From Octopus sinensis (lineage: Eukaryota), in NCBI RefSeq assembly GCF_006345805.1, contig NC_042998.1:39432001-39496000 (forward strand): a stretch of 64,000 nt of DNA, in the 5' to 3' direction. This document shows, in pieces, positions 22,578 through 33,220 of the stretch. A program made the position numbers and the translations under genes. Each line of letters starts with the position of its first letter. Within the stretch, counting starts at the first letter, position 1. Below the pieces are notes generated by a model that had not been told where the DNA came from, did not search any database, and saw nothing but the letters and a program-made list of their open reading frames with translations.

Positions 22578-24586
22578 GTTGCATGCAAGAAATAAGGTGG
22601 AGAGGAGGGTCAGCTAGGTTCCTCACAGGCAAGGAACGCAGGTACAAGATTTTCTGGGCAGGGAACACTGTTTAGATGAGATGCAGTTTGGGTTTGTGCC
22701 AGGGAAAAGTACTACTGATGCTATATTCCTGGTAAGGCAGCTGCAGGAGAAATACCTAGCCAAAGATAAGCCCCTGTACCTGGCTTTTGTTGACATGGAG
22801 AAAGCCTTCGACAGGGTCCCCCGATCCCTTATCTGGTGGGCAATGAGGAAACTAGAGATAGATGAATGGTTAGTGAGAGCTGTGCGGGCCATGTATAGGG
22901 ACGCCGCTAGTAGGGTGAGGGTTGGAAATGTGTACAGTGAAGAATTCCGGGTAGAGGTAGGAGTCCACCAAGGCTCAGTACTCAGCCCCCTCCTATTTAT
23001 CATAGTCCTCCAGGCAATAACGGAGGAATTCAAGACAGGATGCCCTTGGCAGCTCCTCTATGCTGATGACCTTGCTCTAATTGCTGAGTCGCTATCAGAA
23101 CTGGAGGAGAAGTTTCAGGTGTGGAAACAAGGATTAGAATCGAAGGGCCTCAGAGTCAATCTAGCTAAAACCAAAGTCGTAATCAGTAGGAAGGTAGACA
23201 AATCACAAACACCTTCAGGTAGATGGCCCTGCTCGATCTGTAGAAAAGGTGTAGGTAGAAACTCTATAAGATGCACCAAGTGTAAGCTATGGACACATAA
23301 GAGATGCAGCAATGTCAAAGGAAGGCTAACTAGGAAGATGGTTTTTGTATGTGGCAGATGCTCAGGAACAATAAACACTGAAAATGCTCTGAGACCAACT
23401 TCCGTCACTTTCCAGGGAGAAAAACTAGAAATAGTTGATAGTTTCCGTTACCTAGGTGACCAAGTCAGCAGCGGGGGCGGGTGTGCTGAAAGTGTAACTG
23501 CTAGAGTAAGAATAGCTTGGGCAAAGTTCAGAGAGCTCTTACCTCTGCTGGTGACAAAAGGCCTCTCGCACAGAGTGAAAGGCAGACTGTATGATGCGTG
23601 TGTACGAACAGCCATGCTACATGGCAGTGAAACATGGGCCGTGACTGCTGAGGATATGCGTAAGCTCGCTAGAAATGAAGCCAGTATGCTCCGATGGATG
23701 TGTAATGCCGGTACTCACACTCGGGAGAGTGTAAGTACCTTGAGAGAAAAGCTGGACCTAAGAAGCATCAGTTGTGGTGTGCAAGAGAGACGTTTGCGCT
23801 GGTATGGTCATGTGGCGAGAATGGATGAAGATAGTTGTGTGAAAAAGTGCCACACCCTAGCGGTTGAGGGAACCTGTGGAAGAGGCAGACCCAGGAAAAC
23901 CTGGGACGAGGTGGTGAAGCACGACCTTCGAACTTTAGGTCTCACTGAGGAAATGACTAGAGACCGAGACCTCTGGAAGTGTGCTGTGCGCGAGAAGACC
24001 CGGCAGGACAAGTGAGTCCATAACCCGTGGCCTTCTACATGGGATGGAGCCAGCCTACGTATGCATACCTTCCCTTCTTGGGACACAAAACTCTACTTGT
24101 GAAGATGTGTTGAGGCAAGTGAGGATCAGAATCGAAATCGATCAATGGAAATTGCGGATGTGCTACCAGTGCCGGTGGCATGTCAAAACTCTGCTTGTGA
24201 AGACCCGTTGAGGCAAGTGAGGATCAGAATCGAAATCGATCAATGGAAATTGCAGATGTGTTACCAGTGCCGGTTTCGTGACCGTTGCCAGCACCGCCCC
24301 GTTTCGTGTCCGTTGCCAGCCTCGCCTGGCCCTCGTGCCGGTGGCACATAAAAAGCACCATCCGTTCGTGGCCGTTTGCCAGCTCTGTCTGGCACCAGTG
24401 CGGGTGGCACGTAAAAAGCACCCACTACACTCACGGAGTGGTTGGCGTTAGGAAGGGCATCCAGCCGTAGAAACACTGCCAGATTTGACTGGGCCTGATG
24501 AAGCCTTCTGGCTTCACAGACCCCAGTAGAACCGTCCAACCCATGCTAGCATGGAAAACGGACGCTAAACGATGATGATGATGATG
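22578..24586 (+). mobile_element. Young RTE-clade LINE, 5'-truncated and internally deleted
   Basis: Short APE-endonuclease piece (CCMQEIRWRG) fused to the RT region, an uninterrupted 444-aa ORF, a 3'UTR with a 98-bp duplication, and a (GAT)n tail. Confidence 0.95.
22681..24015 (+). CDS. LINE reverse transcriptase (partial) with inserted C4HC3 PHD finger
   Basis: QFGF, FVDMEKAFD, GVHQGSVLSPLLF, YADD and YLG motifs, plus the RTE-type C-terminus (YGSETW-like, RLRWYGHV, RGRPRKTW). CSIC-x10-CTKC-x4-HKRC-x14-CGRC at 23230-23361. Confidence 0.9.
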   Translation: MQFGFVPGKSTTDAIFLVRQLQEKYLAKDKPLYLAFVDMEKAFDRVPRSLIWWAMRKLEIDEWLVRAVRAMYRDAASRVRVGNVYSEEFRVEVGVHQGSVLSPLLFIIVLQAITEEFKTGCPWQLLYADDLALIAESLSELEEKFQVWKQGLESKGLRVNLAKTKVVISRKVDKSQTPSGRWPCSICRKGVGRNSIRCTKCKLWTHKRCSNVKGRLTRKMVFVCGRCSGTINTENALRPTSVTFQGEKLEIVDSFRYLGDQVSSGGGCAESVTARVRIAWAKFRELLPLLVTKGLSHRVKGRLYDACVRTAMLHGSETWAVTAEDMRKLARNEASMLRWMCNAGTHTRESVSTLREKLDLRSISCGVQERRLRWYGHVARMDEDSCVKKCHTLAVEGTCGRGRPRKTWDEVVKHDLRTLGLTEEMTRDRDLWKCAVREKTRQDK

Positions 24587-25413
24587 AGGTACCCTCTATC
24601 CTTCTCTACGAAGTTTAATTCGATCTTCGCCACGCTTTCCCTATCTTATTCTTTCTCTACGAAATTTAATCCCTTAAGATACCCTCTATTCTTTCTCTAC
24701 GAAGTTTAATCCGATCTTCGCCATTCGCGGTATCTTCAAAAACGAAAATCGCCATTATCATTACCATTCCCAAATTCAAACTTCCGTCTTCTCCAAATCA
24801 GAGACTTCCGGTCAATCCATCTAAAGGCACCTGGTCCCCACCCCCACCCCTATCATTCTTCCTGATCACCGATGTTCACAGCAAGTCTATATTTTTTCTC
24901 TCCCTATCTTCCACAACTTACATACATTTGCCGCTAATCGTTTTTTTTAAATGTTTAAACTTATACACTAACGAGCTTGCCTTCCCTATCTTATTCTTTC
25001 TCTACGAAATTTAATCCCTTTAGGTACCCTCTATCCTTCTCTACGAAGTTTAATTCGATCTTCGCCACGCTTTCCCTATCTTATTCTTTCTCTACGAAAT
25101 TTAATCCCTTAAGATACCCTCTATTCTTTCTCTACGAAGTTTAATCCGATCTTCGCCATTCGCGGTGCTCCCGCTCTTTCCCACCCCCACCACCAATACC
25201 GGTGAATACTGTTCACACCCCCACCACCAATACCGGTGAACACTGTTCACACCATCTACACCGGATATGCCCTCCTTCCTCCTCCTCCCCCACCACCATT
25301 ACGTGTCTCTCCCTCCTACCCCACCTCCTCACATGCTTTCACTGTGTACTACACCTCCCCCCACCAAGACAAGCAGCAAGCGCCGCAGCTCATCAACCTC
25401 CCCACTGATCTTA

Positions 25414-25419
25414 CATATA

Positions 25420-25457
<38 letters not shown>

Positions 25458-25464
25458 TATATGC

Positions 25465-25514
<50 letters not shown>

Positions 25515-25682
25515 CATACATACATATATGCATATATATATATATATATTATACATACATACATATATGCATATATATATATATATATATACATACATAC
25601 ATATATGCATATATATATATATATATACATACATACATATATGCATATATATATATATATATATACATACATACATATATGC

Positions 25683-25715
<33 letters not shown>

Positions 25716-25722
25716 TACATGC

Positions 25723-25789
<67 letters not shown>

Positions 25790-25811
25790 CTATATATGCA
25801 TATATATATAT
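25414..25811. repeat. Compound (TA)n microsatellite with TGCA/TACA interruptions
   Basis: Directly visible. Confidence 0.98.
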
Positions 25812-25812
25812 A

Positions 25813-27344
25813 CTAGCAGTATCGCCCGGCGTTGCTCGGGTTTGTTTCAACCCGCTGGAATTGTAATTTTGAAAAGTAAAAATTTTGTGAACATTTTTCT
25901 GGTTGAAATACACCGAAAAGTGGCAACACAGCAGTGAAAAAATGGTAAAAAATAGGGATTTTCATAGAAAAAAGCAGCTTTTTGATGTAAATAATGTTTG
26001 GTGTTAACATGGTCCGATTTGAATTCTATGTTCTACGGAAGGAAGAGCAACCCTTCTTCTATCATACTCTCAATGTTGGTCAACTTGTGCCGCAGGGTCT
26101 CGGAGGAGATAGTGTTAGTTGAAGGTTACGAAACCTGGCGCACACAGACAACTTCAGCTTTATATAGAGATAACACACACACATTAATACACATACATAG
26201 ACACACACACACATGTATGTATGGATGTATATATGTACATCTGTCCACTTCTTGCCATATTTTTATCCTTCACTTCCTACACACACACACACCTTATTAG
26301 CTTACAATTTCTTTCTGTCAACAATTGACAACAGAAGTACGCTCGCCAATTAATACTACCAAAATTTAACGACAGAAAGTAAATTAAAAACCAATTTACC
26401 TTTTCTGTATTGTTATGGCAATTCGACCGTCGGTGTTTCTGCAAATGTGTTCGAATGAGAAGTGAGTTGTGTTTGGCGCCTTTTTTTACTAATAACAAAC
26501 ACACACGTGTGTGTGTGTGTGCATGTCTGAGTGTTTGTATGTAGTTGTTTGACACGTTTGTGTTTGTCACTGTCATATATGTATGTGTATGCGTGTGTGT
26601 GAGGAATGGCAAACCAGATAGATAGTGCGCGAAGTTCTTTTGAAGTTCGCGCTCCGCTTGTGTGTGTGCGTGCTTTAGGTGTACGCAGGTATGTGTTTTT
26701 GTGTGTGTGTCACTGAAGCCATACATACATATATATATACATAACCTCGCTCTCTTCTTTTCTCTCTCAGTCACTCACTACAAAAAGTGAATAAAAAAAG
26801 TTCAGTTATCTGTGTCTTTCACACATACACACACAGCACAACATTACTCTCTCTGTCTGTTTACACACACTAACAAAAGCACTTCACTTACACACCACAC
26901 TTTCTGTGTCGCACACCCCATCAAACACACACACACACACACACTCACGCACGCACACATGTACAACAATGCTTCCGATGCACACCAGCTTCAAAAGAAC
27001 TTCCCGAAAAAAAACGGAGGAAAGCATTTGAAATGAGAGAGGCTATTGTATATGTTTGCGTGTCTATGTGTGTGTACACTTGCAAAGAGAAAGTAGCAGA
27101 AAGTGTGGTGGTAATGGGAGGAGTGAAGCACTTGAAATGAAAGAGGGAAATCATAAAATATTTACTTTTCTCGAATTTTTGCTTAATTGGGGGTGAAATT
27201 GAAAAAACTTTACATGCCACGACCCGATGGAATCTACTTGTAAAATGATAGGTAAATTCCAATTGAAGAAATTCTATATTGCAGAATTGTATAAAAAGCA
27301 AACGGTTTGGGAGGCAGAGAAAATCTGCCTTTTATCATAAGAGA
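25813..27344 (-). mobile_element. Non-autonomous Helitron, composite
   Basis: The minus-strand 3' end is a CCCGAGC-AAC-GCCGGG hairpin followed by CGATACTG-CTAG|T. There are two 5' A|TCTC...ATAAA-type ends, at 26170 and 27344. No TSD; sits in A|T within (TA)n. Confidence 0.75.
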
Positions 27345-27352
27345 TATATATG

Positions 27353-27397
<45 letters not shown>

Positions 27398-27401
<4 letters not shown>

Positions 27402-29703
27402 TCATCTCTTAACATCTGCTTTGCATGCTAGCATGGGTTGGATGTGTGACTACAGCTAGATGCCCTTTGTAACGCCAACCACTCCAAGAGTGTAGTGGGT
27501 GCTTTTATGTACCACTGGCACGGGGCCAGTCAGGCGGCACTGGCAACAACCTCACTCGAATCTTTTACACATGCCACTGACGCGGGTGCCAGTAAAGCGA
27601 TGCTGGTAATGATCACGCTTGAATGGTGTTTTTTATGTGCCACTGGCACGGAGGACAGATGGCCACTCAGGCAACGATCACGCTCAGATGGTGCTCTTAA
27701 TACCCCACTAGCACGAGGCTCGAGTGCCAGTAGTGTGACGTTGGTAACGATCATGTTCGGATGGTGCCTTTTAAGTGCCACTGGCATGGAAGCCGGCTAG
27801 CCACTCTATCAATGATCACACTTGTATGGTGCTCTTTGCACCCCACTAGCACGGACGCCAGTCATCGAATTTGACTTTGATCTCACTTGCCTCAACAGGT
27901 CTTCGCAAGTAGAGTTTTAGTGTCCAAAGAAGGAAAGGTACGCATAAGTGGGCTGGTAACGCCCCTGGCATAGGCCACGAGATTATGGTCTCATTTGTCT
28001 TGCCTGGTCTTCTCACACACAGCATATTTCGAAAAGTCTCGGTCCCTAGTCATTTCCTCGGTGAGGCCCAAAATTCGAAGGTCGTTCTTCACCACTTCAT
28101 CCCAGGTCTTCCTCTTTCACAAGTTCCCTCAACCGCCAGGGTGTGGCATTTTTTCACACAGCTGTCCTCATCCATTCTCGCCACATGACCATACCAGCGC
28201 AGTTGTCTCTCTTGCACACCACATCTGATGCTTCTTAGGTCCAACATTTCTCTCAAGGTACTTACACTCTGTCGAGAATGCACACTGACATTGCACATCC
28301 ATCGAATCATACTGGCTTCATTCCTTGCGAGCTTACGTATGTCCTCTGCAGTCACAGACCATGTTTCACTGCCGTATAGCATGGCTGTTCGTACACATGC
28401 ATCATACAGTCTACCTTTTACTCTGAGCAAGAGGCCTTTTGTCACCAGCAGAGGTAGGAGCTCTCTCAACTTTGCCCAGGCTATTCTTATTCTAGCATCT
28501 ACACTTTCAGCGCACCCTCCCCCGTTACTGACTTGGTCACCTAGGTAACGGAAGCTATCAACTACTTCTAGTTTTCCTCCCTGGAATGTGACAGAAGCTG
28601 TTCTCTGCAGATTTTCAGTGTTTATTGCTCCTGAGCATCTGCCACATACAAAAACTATCTTCCCCATTAGCCTTCCTTTGATATTACTGCACCTCTTACG
28701 TGTCCATAGCTTACACTGGGTACATCTTATAGAGTTTCTACCTACGCCTCTACTACAGATCGAGCAGGGCCATCTACCTGAAGGGATTTGTGGTTTGTCT
28801 GCCTTCCTACTTATTAGGACTTTGGTTTTAGCTAGGTTGACTCTAAGGCCCTTCAATTCTAATCCTTGTTTCCACAACTGAAACTTCTCTTATAGTTCTG
28901 ATAGTGACTCAGCAATTAGAGCAAGGTCATCAGCATAGAGGAGCTCCCAGGGGCATCCTGTCATGAATTTCTCCATTATTGCCTGGAGGACTATGATAAA
29001 TAGAAGTGGGCTGAGGACTGAACCTTGGTGGACCCCTACCTCTACCCTGAATTCTTCAGTGTACTCGTTGCCAACCCTCACCTTACTTACAGCATCCCTG
29101 TACATGGCTTGCACAGCTCTCACTAACCATTCATCTATCCCTAGTTTCCTCATTGACCACCAGATGAGGGATCGGGGGACCCTGTCAAAGGCTTTCTCCA
29201 TGTCAACAAAAGACAGGTACAGGGGCTTATCTTTGGCTAGGTATTTCTCCTGCAGCTGTCTTACCAGAAATATGGCATCAGTGGTGCTTTTCCCTGGCAC
29301 GAAACCAAACTGCATCTCATCCAAGCTGACTCTCTCCCTAATCAGTTGGGCAATGACCCTCTCTGTAACCTTCATTACCTGATCCAACAGCATGATACCT
29401 CTGTAATTATTTGTATCTAGAGCGTCACCTTTACCTTTGTAGCAGTTGACTATTATGCTGCTACACCAGTCATTGGGTATGACTCCTTCGTGTATCACCT
29501 GGTTAACTGTACAGGTGACTAGGCTATAGCCGACACTGCCAGATATTTTGAGCATCTCTGCAGTAATTCCTGATGGGCCCAGGGCTTTCCCTGTCTTCAT
29601 ACTTCTAATTGCCTTATCTACCAAGGTACTTTCAACTCAGATAGCTGGTCCCTCTGTTGGGTCGACATTCGGCAGACTCTCTTTATCCCATTCATTTTCT
29701 TTA
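27398..29703 (-). mobile_element. RTE-clade LINE, 5'-truncated, RT broken by an in-frame stop
   Basis: ORFs 28890-29624 and 28089-28877 are in the same frame, separated by TAA (ESLSEL*EKFQ). The PHD His is mutated to Arg. Repetitive 3'UTR. (TA)n on both sides. Confidence 0.95.
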
Positions 29704-29749
29704 TATATATACATATATAATAAGGGTAGGGAATTTAGGAGTGGCAATA

Positions 29750-30150
29750 GGCGCAGGAGTGGCTGTGTGGTAAGTAGCTTGCTTACCAACCACATGGTTC
29801 CGGGTTCAGTCCCACTGCGTGGCACCTTGGGCAAGTGTCTTCTACTATAGCCTCGGGCTGACCAAAGCCTTGTGAGTGGATTTGGTAGACGGAAACTGAA
29901 AGAAGCCCGTCGTATATATGTATATGCAAATCTATGTGTGTGTGTGTTTGTGTGTCTGTTTGTGCCCCCAACATCGCTTGACAACCGATGCTGGTGTGTT
30001 TACGTCCCCGTAACTTAGCGGTTCGGCAAAAGAGACCAATAGAATAAGTACTAGGCTTACAAAGAATAAGTCCTGGGGGTCGATTTCCTCGACTAAAGGC
30101 GGTGCTCCAGCATGTCCGCAGTCAAATGACTGAAACCAGTAAAAGAGATA
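29750..30150 (+). mobile_element. Full-length tRNA-derived SINE (octopus OR-like)
   Basis: Head with A-box-like GGCTGTGTGG and B-box-like GGTTCAGTCCC, internal (TA)/(TG) tract, conserved tail. Many decayed copies occur in the window. The family name is from recall, not a search. Confidence 0.8.
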
Positions 30151-30934
30151 CCTGTGGCTAGCATGCGTAATAAAGTCAATAGACAACATATTTTCATATA
30201 TAATAGTGTACAAACAATTTACTTATTTATACATGAAAGAGATGACCTTTAACAAGACCCCTTACAGGCTAGAAAAGGCAGTTAAAACATTAAACATTAC
30301 ATAGACCTAGATGGACATAGTTGTTTTGTATGTAGGGTCTTCCATACTTTTTTAATATGTTTATAAAAGTGAAAGGATTTTGTCTATTTATTTATTCCGG
30401 CTGTCCACCTGCCACAGTGATTAAACTGACTAGGAATACTGAACACAATGAATATCCAATACCAAACAATCCTAATCTCCATATTTAAACCGCATTAAAC
30501 TTTGGCAAGCTTACCTTTACCTTTTCTGAGTTACCTGAAAGGTGATGTTCCCTTCCCTCTCTTCTATTTGTCGATACTTTTGTTTACCTACCAATGCGGT
30601 ATTTCACTTTAAGGATGCTTATTTACCCATCCATTATGATATTTTGACTGTTGTCCATTGTTTTAAATATGTTTCAGCATTGTCATTCTAGCCTTTTTTT
30701 TTTAAACAACCACATATGATTCATCATAAAGAATCAACCTTTAAATAAGAGTTTGGCTTCCACAAGTGAAACCTATACGCATCTTTCAGAAAGTTCCATA
30801 CCAATTTAATTTTATACAGCATTCACTATTAGTTTATGCACAGGCTATGTGGGAAGACAGAATCAAAGGACTCTGAAAAAAATAGCTCCCTTTGCTGTTG
30901 AAAAAAATTAAACTTGCAGAGGAGAAGTTTCAAC

Positions 30935-31835
30935 ATCTTCCTTCAATTTCAATAGAAGTCAGGTGGTAGTAGCTTATGGGACCACCTCCAATGACACAAA
31001 TAGTGAGCAGTGTTCCACAAGGCACTGTTTTGGGACCACTACCGTTCATAATGGTCCTCTCAGATATGCCCTCAACCACACAGCAAGCCACGATCACAAG
31101 TTATGCAGATGATACAGAACTGCAATGTGAGTGAGTTGGATGAAATATACAAGTGGGCTGAAAAGAACAGCATGCAGTTTAATGCTGAAAAGTTTCAAGC
31201 CTTGTGCTATCAGCATGCAAAACTAAATGCAATATCAATTAATTACTCTGGACCTGGAAGGATTGCAATCCCAGAGACATAATCAGTGCAAGACCTTGGC
31301 ATTTCATGAGTAATGATGCATCCTTCCATGTGCATGTTGCTAAGTTGGCAATGAAATGCAGGCGGCTCACCGGATGGATTCTTAGAACTTTTAGAACGAG
31401 TGATCAGGAAACCATGATGGTCCTCTGGGGGACACTTGTCCTAAGCCACTTTGACTATTGCTCTCAGCTGTGGTCGCGAACCAGTGTCAGATTAATTGCC
31501 GAACTTGAGGCAATCCAACAAAAGTACACAAAGAAGATAGCCTCCATGCAGCATATAAGCTCCTGGGAAAGACTCAAGAGATTAAGATTTTATTCCTTAG
31601 AGTGTAGGCAAGAAAGGTATGCCATAATATACATCTGGAAGATCCTAGAATAGGGTGCCACTGCATAGTGCCAAAGACTCCAAAATTGTCATCAAGGTAT
31701 GACAAAATATTGCAACAGCCTGGCTTTGAAGGCCCACAACTCTTCAGTATCCTCCTGAAGGATCAGAGAGACCTGCATGGGGTGGATGTAAAGGTCTTCA
31801 AAACGAAACTAGACCTCTTACTGTCAAGTGTCCCA
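30935..31835 (+). mobile_element. CR1-group LINE RT 3' fragment, decayed
   Basis: VPQGTVLGPL, SYADDT, WAEKNSMQFNAEKF and GWILRTF...HFDYCSQLWS...LEAIQ peptides. Confidence 0.8.
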
Positions 31836-32257
31836 GAATGGAAAGCAGATATTAAACAATGATGATGATGAATCCTTTATGTTTTAGCCCTAAGGCTGTG
31901 GCCATGCTGGGACACTCAGTGGAATAAGGTTGAGGCACACACATAGTTAGGGTGGAATAAAATGCACACACAGCAATTTTTAGATGAATACCAACTTTGG
32001 TACAGGAGTATTGACAGAATGATATTCGGCTGATGTAATGCAATCATTTTGACCCGGCTGAGTATATAATCCACTCTTGAGCTATTCACACTTGTACATG
32101 TACAATTTATTAAATATACAGTCCATGTGAGGAGGTAAATTAAGAATAAATAAGTGACTATTGAAGGACAGGTGTCAAATCATTATGGCCATTTCTAACA
32201 AATTCTTTAATTGATAAATGAGTATATTATATCATTATAAAAAAGATAATTGATTGT

Positions 32258-32393
32258 TCTCAACATATTCCCCCCTCTAAGACTTACACGTTTATTGTGG
32301 CAGTCCTTCAATTTTTCTAAACCCTGTAAAAGAACTTGGAAGGTTGGACCTCCGAGCAGGCCTTCCATAATTTGCTTAAAGCCAGGAACTTTT
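32258..32393 (-). mobile_element. mariner transposase C-terminal remnant
   Basis: Minus-strand QGLEKLKDCHNKRVSLRG/EYVE resembles the mariner GI.KL..RW.KC....G.Y.E terminus. Confidence 0.6.
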
Positions 32394-32793
32394 GTTTAAA
32401 CGCTTTTCAGCTGCAATATCTCATCTAGGAAAAAAAGTCCCTTTAAGACGTAGAGTTTTAAAAAGCACCTGTAGACCTCAAACCAAAGCAACTTAGACAA
32501 AATGTTTAAACAAAGCACATTAAGTTTGTTTAATCCACAATGTCTACATTATCAAAGCTGCTTCCCACTCAAATTTTAATTTCTTCCTACTTGCACAGTG
32601 CTGTTGCACATCACTACATAGATTTTATGCACATGTCTCAGACGAGTGATTTCCATTTGTTTCACAGGTGACTTAAATATTCAGCACCAATGATTTGAAA
32701 CAGCAGGAAAAGAACAATTTCTCTCACCTGTCAAAGAGATTCGTTTCACCTGGTTTGGAGACATACAGTGGATTTTAAAACCCTACAGCTTAA

Positions 32794-33015
32794 CCCTTTA
32801 ACATTTCAACTAGCTGTATTCAGCCCAAATATTCTACTCATTTTATGTTCAAACTGGCCAGATCCAGCCCCTCACACCTATCCTACAATGTCACTATAAA
32901 AATAAAAACAATCATATCATCAAAATTTCAAAGCTATAAGATAATTCATGATTAACACAAAACAATGTGAATAAATAAGCAATACATCTGGCAAAGGAAC
33001 CTGAATGCTAAAGGG
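32794..33015. mobile_element. piggyBac-type MITE, degenerate
   Basis: TTAA-CCCTTTAACATT ... AATGCTAAAGGG inverted termini. The right TTAA is lost. Confidence 0.6.
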
Positions 33016-33182
33016 CCAAAGAGGCTTCCCATGGACAAAACACTGAATGCCTAAAAGCATTTCAATAAAACACATCAAGTATAAAACATCTACAATGTTT
33101 TTACATATCGCTAACCAGTAAACCATTTTTTTATTCTCTCTCTGTTCACTTTTTCTTCTTTCTCTGTTCATTTCCTCATGTT

Positions 33183-33220
33183 CCTTTTTGTTGAAGAGTG
33201 TAGGCTCGAAACATAAAAGA
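33183..33220 (+). ncRNA. Degenerate minimal hammerhead-ribozyme-like motif in a probable Penelope-type terminal repeat
   Basis: CCTTT / TTGTTGA-A / GAGT-GTAG-GCTC / GAAA-CA-TA / AAAGA gives stem I, core, stem II and a minimal stem III. The core carries substitutions. Confidence 0.45.

Larger units (their letters stand above)
21839..25413. repeat. Hierarchical tandem repeat (90-bp subunits inside about 526-bp units) with a GC-rich end, interrupted by a LINE
   Basis: Units start ATCTTCCACAACTTACATAC at about 21839, 22365 and 24906. 90-bp period at 21921/22011/22101. Unique C-rich segment 25166-25413. (TA)n on both flanks. Confidence 0.9.

Noticed and set aside
29750-29825. tRNA gene
   Set aside because: It is a tRNA-like SINE head that continues into the SINE body. 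No convincing cloverleaf or terminator is present.
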